NCBI GenBank assembly: GCA_003222205.1
Contig: QHVC01000048.1
Location: 1,470-65,469 of the forward strand
DNA: 64,000 bases
Source of the DNA: Gemmatimonadota bacterium
Lineage (GTDB): Bacteria > Gemmatimonadota > Gemmatimonadetes > Gemmatimonadales > GWC2-71-9
Direction of reading: 5' to 3'
Positions 48,697 to 56,503 of this stretch are shown piece after piece (position 1 is the first letter of the stretch; every line of letters starts with the position of its first letter). Position numbers and translations under genes: made by a program. Below the pieces are notes generated by a model. That model had not been told where the DNA came from. It did no database searches and saw nothing but the letters and a program-made list of their open reading frames with translations.

Positions 48697-49047
48697 TCAG
48701 GAGATAAAGGTGGGGGGTGCTCGGGGTCGGGCGGCCTGCGAGAGCAGTGCAGCGCGCCGGCCGTGAACGTCGGCGGCGAGTGGGTTCGGATGACACGGGA
48801 CGGGTGCCGCGGGGCGCACGGTGCTCGTGGCGACGAAGCGTGCGCCCGCATAGTGGCAAACGGCGCAGCGCGCGGCATCGTGCAGCACGGCGCACGCCGC
48901 GGTGTGATGTGCCTCCCACCCCGCCGGCGCGGTGAGGCGCTCCGTGGCGTGAGCGACCGACACAGCACCCGGCCCCAGCGCCTGGAGGACCAGGAGCAGA
49001 GCGGCGCTGGAGCGCAGGCCACGGCGGCGTCGGTTGCGCACGGTCAC
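48697..49047 (-). CDS. small secreted Cys/His-rich protein (possible metal-binding; DUF2946-like by impression)
   Basis: The GTG at 49047 overlaps the nfo stop (GTGA). It has an Arg-rich signal, MTVRNRRRRGLRSSAALLLVLQALGPGAVSVAHA, and the mature part carries WEAHHTAACAVLHDAARCAVCHYAG..PCHP. Competing shadow ORFs exist in other frames. Confidence 0.45.
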   Translation of the reverse strand: MTVRNRRRRGLRSSAALLLVLQALGPGAVSVAHATERLTAPAGWEAHHTAACAVLHDAARCAVCHYAGARFVATSTVRPAAPVPCHPNPLAADVHGRRAALLSQAARPRAPPTFIS

Positions 49048-49940
49048 GTCATCCTTACGGCCAGGGCACTCGGGCCGCTGGCGCGCGCGTAGGCGCGGAG
49101 GCGGCGCAGCATCCGGCGGTCGTGCCGGACGGGGTCGTCGCCCTTCGGCGTTTCGATAATCTTAATCACATCCCGGAGCCGCACGTCCCGCATGATGCGC
49201 CGGAACGCTTCGGGACCGATCGTCCCTTCGCCGATCCACTGGTGCCGGTCGCGCCGGGAGCCGCGCGGCGCCCGGGAGTCGTTGAGATGCAAGCACTTCA
49301 GCAGCGGCAGCCCCACCACCCGCGCGAATTCCTCCCACACCGCTTCGACGTTGCCCGCTACGTCATACCCCGCGGCGTGCAGATGCGCCGTGTCGAGGCA
49401 GAACGCCACGCGATCCCGGACCGCGACCGGCATCGCGTCGCGCAGGGCGCGCAGCTCTTCGAAGGTGGCGCCGAGCGCCGTCCCCGCGCCGGCGGTGCCC
49501 TCGATCAACACGCCGACGGCTCCCGGGACCGCTGCCAGACACTCGGCGTAGGCGCGGGTGTTGCGCGCCAGCCCCGTGGCACGGTCGTCGATGTAATTCC
49601 CGGGGTGGGAAACCACCCACGGGATACCGAGCGCACGGCAGCGACGCAGCTCGCCCGTGAAACAGCGCATGCTGCGACGCCGCAGCGCGGCCTGCGGCGA
49701 GGCGAGGTTGATGAGGTAGCTGTCGTGGGACACGACCGCCGCGACGCCGCTCGCCGCCAGCGCCTCACGGAACGCCGCCGCCTGAGCGGCGCTGAGCCTC
49801 GGCTCGCGCCACTGGCTCGGCGTCTTGGTGAACACCTGGATGGCCGACGCGCCGACCTCCACCCCGCGCGCGGGCGCCCGGGCGACGCCGCCCTGCGACG
49901 AGACGTGCGCGCCCACGAGATCCGTGGGGCGCCGCTTCAC
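49044..49940 (-). CDS. nfo: deoxyribonuclease IV (endonuclease IV)
   Basis: 298 aa: GAHVSSQGG..AIQVFTKTPSQW..VSHDSYLINLASP..VVSHPG..IEGTAGAG..CLDTAHLHAAGYD..LHLNDS. Confidence 0.92.
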   Translation of the reverse strand: MKRRPTDLVGAHVSSQGGVARAPARGVEVGASAIQVFTKTPSQWREPRLSAAQAAAFREALAASGVAAVVSHDSYLINLASPQAALRRRSMRCFTGELRRCRALGIPWVVSHPGNYIDDRATGLARNTRAYAECLAAVPGAVGVLIEGTAGAGTALGATFEELRALRDAMPVAVRDRVAFCLDTAHLHAAGYDVAGNVEAVWEEFARVVGLPLLKCLHLNDSRAPRGSRRDRHQWIGEGTIGPEAFRRIMRDVRLRDVIKIIETPKGDDPVRHDRRMLRRLRAYARASGPSALAVRMT

Positions 49941-50602
49941 GGCTCCACCGGCTCCGTGAAGGCCAGGCTCGACACGAGCGGGACGAAGCGGACGCCGCCC
50001 GCGCGGCGCTCCGTCCAGCCGCTCGCCCCCCGTGTCACAATGACCAGCTCTTGGGTCGCCAGGTCACCGAGCGGAATGACGAGGCGGCCGCCGACGGCGA
50101 GCTGCTCGAGCAGGGGTGCGGGGATCCGGGGCGCGGCGGCGGTGACGAGGATGCCCTGGAACGGGGCGCGCTCCGGCCAGCCGCGGGCGCCGTCGCCCAG
50201 ACGGGTCTCGATGTTGGTGAGCCCCAGACGCCGGAACCGCGCTTCGGCTTCGACGAGGAGGTCGGGGAGGCGCTCGACGGTGGCCACGCGTGCCGCGAGG
50301 CGCGCGAGGATCGCGGTCTGATAGCCACTGCCGGTGCCGATTTCGAGCACGGCGTCGCGACGCCGCGGGGCGAGCACGGCGGTCATCAACGCGACGACGA
50401 ATGGCTGGGAGATCGTCTGCCCGTTGCCGATCGGCAGCGGCGCGTCTTCGTAGGCGTCCGCCGCCAGGGTCGGCGGCACGAACCACTCGCGTGGTGTCCG
50501 CGCGAGCGCCGCGAGCACGCGCCGGTTGCGCACACCGCGGTTCGCGATCTGGGTCGCGATCATCCGGCGGCGGAGCCCGCGCGTTTCAGGCGCGGGCCGC
50601 AC
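49937..50602 (-). CDS. pcm: protein-L-isoaspartate O-methyltransferase
   Basis: Motifs present: RVLAALARTPREWFVP..PLPIGNGQTISQPFVVALMT..VLEIGTGSGYQTAILA..FQGILVTAAAP. The start is GTG 50602 or ATG 50563. It overlaps nfo by 4 nt. Confidence 0.9.
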   Translation of the reverse strand: MRPAPETRGLRRRMIATQIANRGVRNRRVLAALARTPREWFVPPTLAADAYEDAPLPIGNGQTISQPFVVALMTAVLAPRRRDAVLEIGTGSGYQTAILARLAARVATVERLPDLLVEAEARFRRLGLTNIETRLGDGARGWPERAPFQGILVTAAAPRIPAPLLEQLAVGGRLVIPLGDLATQELVIVTRGASGWTERRAGGVRFVPLVSSLAFTEPVEP

Positions 50603-50678
50603 GCGGCGCCGTCCGTGCTTGCCGTCTCATGGCGTGAACTATACTTTGCGTTCCTTCGCCGCGCGTCACCTGAGGCTC

Positions 50679-52103
50679 ATGGACCCCCAGCGCCGCCGCA
50701 TCCTCCTGATCGGTGACTCAGCCGCTCGACCCGAAGGGTTGGAGCGGTTTTTGGTGCGCGCGGGTTTCGAGGTCACCGAAGGGGGGCCGCCCACCGGCGG
50801 CCGTCCCAGCCAGGCCAGCCTGCCCCCCGACCTCGTGATCCTCTCCGTCGGCGCGAACGAGGCGCGTCTCGCCGAACGGGTCCGCGAGGTGGTGGCGACC
50901 CCCGCGCACGTCGGCGCTCCGGTGCTGGTGCTGCTCGACGGCGGGGGCGCGGCGGGGGCGGCGGCCGCCTTGTCCGCCGGAGCGAACGACGTGGTGCGCG
51001 CGCCGGTGGACCTGCCGGAGCTGCACGCGCGCCTCGATGCCGAGCTGCGGCTCCGCGACGAGGTACGCGGGGCGCGCGACGCGTTGCGGGCGCGCGATCT
51101 GCTCTTCGACATCTTCCAGGAGGTCTCGGCGGCGCTGCGCGCCGAGGAGATTTTCCAGACGCTGGTCCGCCGGGTGGGCCAGGCGTTCGGTTTGACGCAC
51201 TGCTCGTTCGTGCTGACGGCGCCGGGGGAAAGCAAGGGGCGGGTGGTCGCCGTCTACGAGAACCCCGCGATCCGCGACCTGCGCGTCGAGCTCGACCGCT
51301 ACCCGGAGATCCAGGAGGCGATCCGCACCGAGCGCCCGGTCGTCGTCCATGACGTCCAGGAGCACCCGCTGTTCGACGCCATCCGCCGGCACTGGAGCCA
51401 GCAGCAGATCGAGGTGAACGTCCAGTCGGCCGTCGCGCTGCCGGTGTTCGTGCAGGAGCGGGCGGCCGGCGTGTTCTTCCTGCGGACGGTGCAGGGCGAC
51501 CCGCAGCTGCGACCGCAGGACGTGGCCCTGGCGAACACCATCGCGCAGGCGGCGGCGCGCGTCCTCGAGAACGAAGAGCGCCGCGCGGCGATCTACCGCC
51601 GCCAGCTCAGCGCCGGCTCGACCGACGTGCTCACCGGGTGCGCCAGCCTCGATTCCCTCGACCGCCGCCTGCGCGACGAGTTCGAGCGGGCGCGGCGCTA
51701 TCAGCTGCGGTTCGCGCTGGTGCTGCTCGACATCGAGAAGCTGCATGACGTGAACGACCGGCTCGGTCAGGCGGCCGGGGACCGCGTTCTCGCCGAGACC
51801 GGAGCGATGCTGCAGCGCGAGATCCGCGCCCCCGATTTCGTGGCGCGCTACGGCGGCGACGAGTTCGCCCTGATCCTCCCCGAGACCGACGGGCGCGGTG
51901 GCCGCCACTTCGTCGAGCGCCTGCGCGCGGCGCTGCACCGGCACGCGTTCCCCGATCTCGCCCCCGGCCAGGTGCCGTTCCTGACGGCCGGCGTCGTCGG
52001 GTATCCACACGCCGAAGTGCTGCGACCGGAGGATCTGCTCACGCTCGCCGAAGGCGCGCTGGCCCGCGGCAAGAGCGAGCCCGACAAAGTCGGCGTCGTC
52101 TAG
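50679..52103 (+). CDS. REC-like / GAF / GGDEF diguanylate cyclase
   Basis: The ATG at 50679 gives MDPQRRRILLIGDS..DLVILSV.. (receiver-like). A GAF-like middle region follows. The GGDEF domain is ..LLDIEKLHDVNDRLGQAAGDRVL..ARYGGDEFALILPET. Confidence 0.85.
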   Translation: MDPQRRRILLIGDSAARPEGLERFLVRAGFEVTEGGPPTGGRPSQASLPPDLVILSVGANEARLAERVREVVATPAHVGAPVLVLLDGGGAAGAAAALSAGANDVVRAPVDLPELHARLDAELRLRDEVRGARDALRARDLLFDIFQEVSAALRAEEIFQTLVRRVGQAFGLTHCSFVLTAPGESKGRVVAVYENPAIRDLRVELDRYPEIQEAIRTERPVVVHDVQEHPLFDAIRRHWSQQQIEVNVQSAVALPVFVQERAAGVFFLRTVQGDPQLRPQDVALANTIAQAAARVLENEERRAAIYRRQLSAGSTDVLTGCASLDSLDRRLRDEFERARRYQLRFALVLLDIEKLHDVNDRLGQAAGDRVLAETGAMLQREIRAPDFVARYGGDEFALILPETDGRGGRHFVERLRAALHRHAFPDLAPGQVPFLTAGVVGYPHAEVLRPEDLLTLAEGALARGKSEPDKVGVV

Positions 52104-53365
52104 CGCCGCTTCAGCCAGTTGAGCGGGTCGAGCGCGATGCCGCCCTGGCCCCGGAGCTCGAAGTGCAGGTGCGCGCCCTGGTCGCTCGCGGCGCCGCCGA
52201 CGTGCCCGATCACCTGGCCTCGCAGCACGCGTTCGCCCTTGGTCACCGCTGCGTCGTCGAGGTAGGCGTAGAAGGTGTAATAGCCCCCGCCGTGGTCGAC
52301 GATCACCGACGTCAGGTACGTGCCCATGTTGCCCACCAGCGCCACGGTCCCCGCGGCGACGGCGTGGACGGGGGTGCCGGCGGCCGCGCCGATGCCGATG
52401 CCGTGCCAGGTGATGCGCGTGTTGCCGGGACCCGCGGCGGGACCGAACTGGTAGAGCAGGCGGCCGTCGACGGGCCAGTCGAGCTGGCCCAGGCTCGCCG
52501 TCGTGATGGCGGGCGCCCCCGGGGTCGCGCCGCGCGCCTCGGCCTCGCGGCGGGCGCGCTCCAGGCTCGCGATCAGGTCGCTGATGCGCCGCTCTTCCCG
52601 TTCGGTGGCGCTGAGGCGCTGCTGCGCCTCGTGCAGGCTGCGGCGCGTGGCCTGGAGGCGCGACTCGCGCTCGCGTGCCAGGGTGACGAAGCGATCGAGC
52701 TCCTGCGTGCGCTCGGTCTTGCGCCGCCCCAGCGCGTCCCGCGTGTCCACCAGCACCTGCCGCTCCCGTGCGATGCGGTTTTTCAACTTGGTCATGTCGT
52801 TCGTGAGCAGCCGGTCCTGGCGGCTCACGAGAAAGAGGTATTTGTACCGGGACAGGAGGTCACCGAAGCTCTCGGCGGCGAGCAGCACCTGGTACGTGTA
52901 CAGGGGGCCGCGCTTGTAGATGTCCACGAGGCGGCGCTCGAGGACGGCGCGCTTTTCGGCGAGGGCGTCCTGGGCGAGGAGCAGGTTGACGGTGGTCTCG
53001 TCGATCTGCCGGCTCAGGGCCGCGATCTGCCGGTCCAGCTCGTTGACGATGCGGTTGGTGGCGTCCTTCTGGTGCTCGAGGTTGGCGAGCTCGTCGGTGA
53101 TGCTGTGGGCCTGAGTGCGCAGCCCCTCGAGCTCCTGCTCGACCGCCGAGCGCTCGCGGCGGATGTCCTCGAGGCGGCGCTGGTTGTCGCGCATCTGCTG
53201 CTCGAAGGTGGGACGTTGACCGACGAGAGGCGTCAAGCCAAAAAGCGTCAAGTTGAGAAACGTCAAGCTGAAAAACGTCAAGCTAGACTGCGTAACGCCG
53301 TTTCGCCTTACGCCGTCCCGCTTGACGGTCTCCAGCTCGACGCTTCTCAGCTTGACGCCGTTCAT
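52100..53365 (-). CDS. EnvC-like murein hydrolase activator / M23 peptidase with a long coiled coil
   Basis: The ATG at 53365 overlaps the ftsX stop (ATGA). It has a hydrophobic N-terminal anchor and a ~250-aa coiled coil. The C-terminal LytM domain is ..GIGIGAAAGTPVHAVAAGTV..IVDHGGGYYTFYAYL..GAHLHFELR. Confidence 0.82.
   Translation of the reverse strand: MNGVKLRSVELETVKRDGVRRNGVTQSSLTFFSLTFLNLTLFGLTPLVGQRPTFEQQMRDNQRRLEDIRRERSAVEQELEGLRTQAHSITDELANLEHQKDATNRIVNELDRQIAALSRQIDETTVNLLLAQDALAEKRAVLERRLVDIYKRGPLYTYQVLLAAESFGDLLSRYKYLFLVSRQDRLLTNDMTKLKNRIARERQVLVDTRDALGRRKTERTQELDRFVTLARERESRLQATRRSLHEAQQRLSATEREERRISDLIASLERARREAEARGATPGAPAITTASLGQLDWPVDGRLLYQFGPAAGPGNTRITWHGIGIGAAAGTPVHAVAAGTVALVGNMGTYLTSVIVDHGGGYYTFYAYLDDAAVTKGERVLRGQVIGHVGGAASDQGAHLHFELRGQGGIALDPLNWLKRR
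53231..53365. repeat. 15-nt-period mirror array covering the first 45 codons of the envC-like gene
   Basis: Plus-strand CGTCAAG recurs at 53231, 53246, 53261 and 53276, exactly 15 nt apart. Five further 15-nt units follow, carrying the complement-type core (CGTAACG, CTTACG, CTTGACG, CTCGACG, CTTGACG) up to the ATG. Confidence 0.9.
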
Positions 53366-54219
53366 ACTCGTTTCAAGTGCCGCCCAACGCTGAGCAGGCT
53401 CCCCATCAGTCCGATGAGCGCGCCGAACCCGACGATAGCGAGCGCCTGCACCTCGGTGAAGAACGTCGCCTGGATGAGGAACCGGTTGATGAGGTAGTAC
53501 GCGCCGAACGAGAAGCCCATCGCGACGAGGCCGCCGAGCAGCCCTTTGATCGTCCCCTGCAGCAGGAACGGCCGCCGGATGAAGCCGTCGGTGGCGCCGA
53601 CGAGCCGCATGATGGCGATCTCGCGGCTGCGCTGCAGCACGGCCATGCGGATCGTCGTGCCGATGATGATGATGGCCACGGCGGCGAACGCTCCGCCGAC
53701 CACGATCCCGACCGCGGCCGCGAGCTGCCGCAGCCGGTCGAGCTTCTCGACCCAATCGCGCCCGAAGTGGACGTCGTCCACGAAGCCGAAGCCCCGCAGC
53801 CGATCGGCGACGACGTTGACGTGGGCGGCGTCGCGGAATGAGGGCTTGAGCTTCACCTCGATCGACGCCGGCAGCGGGTTGTTCTCCAGCTCGCGGTACT
53901 GATCGCGGAATTCGACCAGCTCGCGCTTGGCGCGGGCGAGCGCCGAGTCCTCCGAGACGTAGTTCGCGGCCTGCACCTCGGGGAACGCCTCGATGTCCTT
54001 GAGCGCCAGCGTCACCGTTTCCCCCGGGGTGCCAGGGAGGAGGTAGGCCACGATCTCGACGCGCTGCGCGATCTCGTTCAGCGCGCGCTGGAAGTTCACC
54101 GCCACGAGGCCGAAGAGCCCCAGCACGAACAGCGAGAATGCGATGGTCGTGACCGAGAGCGCCGACAGCAGCGGCGCGCGGCGGAAGGCGAGCAGAGCTT
54201 CGCGGATGGTCAGGTTCAC
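53362..54219 (-). CDS. ftsX: cell-division ABC transporter permease FtsX
   Basis: The GTG at 54219 overlaps the ftsE stop (GTGA). It has four TM segments with a periplasmic loop between TM1 and TM2. ..REIAIMRLVGATDGFIRRPF.. is the FtsX signature. Confidence 0.88.
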   Translation of the reverse strand: MNLTIREALLAFRRAPLLSALSVTTIAFSLFVLGLFGLVAVNFQRALNEIAQRVEIVAYLLPGTPGETVTLALKDIEAFPEVQAANYVSEDSALARAKRELVEFRDQYRELENNPLPASIEVKLKPSFRDAAHVNVVADRLRGFGFVDDVHFGRDWVEKLDRLRQLAAAVGIVVGGAFAAVAIIIIGTTIRMAVLQRSREIAIMRLVGATDGFIRRPFLLQGTIKGLLGGLVAMGFSFGAYYLINRFLIQATFFTEVQALAIVGFGALIGLMGSLLSVGRHLKRV

Positions 54220-54914
54220 GTCGTGGGGGCCGCCTGCCCGCGCGGTTCGTCGACGGCCGAGTCGAACACCACCGCGCCTTCCTGCAGCTCGATGACGCGG
54301 TAGGGTGCCTGCCGCACGAGGTCGAGGTCGTGCGTTGCCATCACCACGGCCGTGCCGCTCGCGTTGATGTCGCGGAGCAGCTGGAAGACGCCGCGCGTCG
54401 CGCGCTCGTCGAGGTTCCCGGTCGGCTCGTCGGCGAGCAGCACGGTGGGCTCGTTCACGAGGGCGCGCGCGATCGCCACCCGCTGTTGCTCGCCCCCCGA
54501 CAGCTCGCGGGGGTACGCCTGCGCTTTCGCAGCGAGGCCCACCTGCGTGAGCACGCGCATCACGCGCGCCGGAATCGTGGCGCGCCGCGCTCCCGTCACC
54601 TCGAGCGCGAACGCGACGTTCTCGGCGGCCATGCGGTCTTCGAGCAGGCGGAAGTCCTGGAACACGATCCCGAGCCGCCGCCGCAGCATCGGGATCGCGC
54701 GCGTGGGGAGGTCGGAGACGTTGAAGCCGGAGACGCGCACCTCGCCGCTCGTGGGGCGCTCCTCGGCGAACACCAGCTTCAGCACCGTGGACTTTCCGGC
54801 GCCCGAGTGGCCGGTCAGAAATGCGAACTCGCCCTTCGCGATGTGAAAGGAGACGTCCTTGAGGGCGAGGCCGCCCTTGGGGAAGGCCTTGAAGACGTTG
54901 GTGAACTTGATCAC
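54216..54914 (-). CDS. ftsE: cell-division ATP-binding protein FtsE
   Basis: 232 aa: MIKFTNVFKAF..GEFAFLTGHSGAGKSTVLKL..LSGGEQQRVAIARALV..LLADEPTGNLD. Confidence 0.92.
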   Translation of the reverse strand: MIKFTNVFKAFPKGGLALKDVSFHIAKGEFAFLTGHSGAGKSTVLKLVFAEERPTSGEVRVSGFNVSDLPTRAIPMLRRRLGIVFQDFRLLEDRMAAENVAFALEVTGARRATIPARVMRVLTQVGLAAKAQAYPRELSGGEQQRVAIARALVNEPTVLLADEPTGNLDERATRGVFQLLRDINASGTAVVMATHDLDLVRQAPYRVIELQEGAVVFDSAVDEPRGQAAPTT

Positions 54915-56072
54915 TTACAGTTGCGCCAGGGCGTGCGCGAAGTCGGCGATGAGGTCGTCGGCGTCCTCCAATCCGAGAGAAAATCTCAGAAAGCCGTCGG
55001 GAATGCCAGCCCGCGCCCGGTCCTCCGCCGACAGGCTCGCGTGCGAGGTCAGCCGCGGCTCGGACACCAGCGTTTCCACCCCGCCCAGGCTCGGGGCGTG
55101 GGCGGCGATGGTGAGCGCGCGCAGGAACCGCTCCGCCGCGCGGGCCCCGCCCCTCAGCTCGATCCCGACCATCCCACCGAACCCGTTGAGGATGCGGCGC
55201 GCGACTTCGTTGTCCGGATGGGTCGCGAGGCCGGGGTAGTGCACGGCCGCGACGGGCTTCTGCTGGGCGAACCACTCCGCCACCTTGAGGCCGGTGGCGT
55301 TGTGCCGCTCCACGCGGACCGCGAGCGTCCGGAGCCCGCGGTCGACCAGCCACGCCGCGTGCGGGTCGATGGCCTGCCCCCACACCTGCATCAGCTTGCG
55401 CACTTCCTCGACGAGGCTCTCCGTCCCCGCGACCGCGCCCGCGATCACGTCGCTGTGGCCGTTCAGGTACTTGGTGGCGCTGTGGATGACGACGTCAGCG
55501 CCGTGCTCGAGGGGCCGGAGGTTGAGCGGCGAGGCGAAGGTCGAATCCACGAGCAGCGCGAGGCCCTCGGCTTTGCAGAGCTGGGCCGCCGGCTCGAGAT
55601 CGATCACCCGCAGCAGCGGGTTGGTCGGCGTCTCGACGAAGATCGCCCGCGTCGTCTTCTTCATCGCCTGCTTCCAGGAGCGGCTGTGCACCGGGTTGAC
55701 GAACGTGACGTCGATCCCCAGCCGTCCGAACTCCTGGGCGAACAGGCGGTGCACGCCGCCGTAGATCCACTCGCTGGAGAGCAGGTGGTCGCCGGGGCGA
55801 AGGACCGCGAGGTGGGCCAGCGCCGTCGCCCCCATCCCGCTCGCCACGAAGATCGCGGCTTCGGCGCCCTCGAGGAGCGCGAGGCGCTTGCCGATCGCCG
55901 TCTGGTTGGGGTTGTTGCCGTAGCGGCTGTACAGCACTTCGCTGGTCGAGCCGATCGGGTTCGTGAAGGTGCTGCTCTGGAAGAGCGGAGGAGCGACGGG
56001 CGTCCAGTCGGGGCGGGCGCCCGGGTCGCCGTGGATAGCGCGCGTCGAGAAGCCGAGACGGCGGCGCGTCAC
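54915..56072 (-). CDS. Cys/Met-metabolism PLP enzyme (cystathionine gamma-synthase / beta-lyase family)
   Basis: The GTG at 56072 overlaps the upstream stop. Motifs present: FSTRAIHG..YSRYGNNPNQTA..ASGMGA..VIHSATKYLNGHSDVIAGAV (PLP lysine)..HPGL..GFGGMV. The stop abuts the ftsE start with 0 nt between them. Confidence 0.85.
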   Translation of the reverse strand: MTRRRLGFSTRAIHGDPGARPDWTPVAPPLFQSSTFTNPIGSTSEVLYSRYGNNPNQTAIGKRLALLEGAEAAIFVASGMGATALAHLAVLRPGDHLLSSEWIYGGVHRLFAQEFGRLGIDVTFVNPVHSRSWKQAMKKTTRAIFVETPTNPLLRVIDLEPAAQLCKAEGLALLVDSTFASPLNLRPLEHGADVVIHSATKYLNGHSDVIAGAVAGTESLVEEVRKLMQVWGQAIDPHAAWLVDRGLRTLAVRVERHNATGLKVAEWFAQQKPVAAVHYPGLATHPDNEVARRILNGFGGMVGIELRGGARAAERFLRALTIAAHAPSLGGVETLVSEPRLTSHASLSAEDRARAGIPDGFLRFSLGLEDADDLIADFAHALAQL

Positions 56073-56503
56073 ACGGCCGTGAGGTGCAGATCCCCGCCGG
56101 GCGTCCGGGTGGCGAGCCGCCGCGCGATCATGTCCTCGAGCAGGGCGTCGGCGCTCTCCCGGGGGCCCAGCGGCTCCAGGGTCCCGTCGGGGCGTTCGAG
56201 CAGCACGGCGAGCCCGTGTCCGGCCAGGACGGGCTCGATGGCCTCGCGGTGTCCGTCGGTGAGCCCGGAGAGGAGCAGCACGCGGAGGCGCTCGCGCAGC
56301 AGCTTCGCCACGATCTCGTCCGCGCACGAGTAGTCGATGCAGCCGACGCCGGTGAAGTCGATGCGCGCGATGCTGGCTTCAGCCACGATCGCCTGCTCGA
56401 TGCCCTCGCGCACCGCACGGCCCGTGGGACGCGTGACCAGGTCGGTGTAGGAGCCGGATACGGATCGCCGCAGCACGGCATGAACGTCGATGTGCTGGAT
56501 CAC
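56069..56503 (-). CDS. STAS_2 (DUF4325)-like small protein
   Basis: 144 aa from the GTG at 56503 (GTGA overlap). ..GSYTDLVTRPTGRAVREGIEQAIVAEASIARIDFTGVGCIDYSCADEIVAKLL.. matches the DUF4325 pattern (TRxxGxxVR..DFxGVxxIxxSFADE) as I remember it. Confidence 0.65.
   Translation of the reverse strand: MIQHIDVHAVLRRSVSGSYTDLVTRPTGRAVREGIEQAIVAEASIARIDFTGVGCIDYSCADEIVAKLLRERLRVLLLSGLTDGHREAIEPVLAGHGLAVLLERPDGTLEPLGPRESADALLEDMIARRLATRTPGGDLHLTAV

Noticed and set aside
48575-48935. Alternative small ORFs 48575..48919 (minus) and 48717..48935 (plus) overlapping the Cys/His-rich ORF.
   Set aside because: Both are Arg-rich with no signal peptide or motif. The 48697..49047 frame has a plausible signal peptide, clustered Cys/His residues and a GTGA overlap with nfo. 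Even that call is only moderate confidence.
53231-53365. CRISPR array, considered also for the other short-repeat loci.
   Set aside because: The units are 7-15 nt, directly abutting without spacers, number at most 9 copies and partly lie inside CDSs. No cas genes are in the window.
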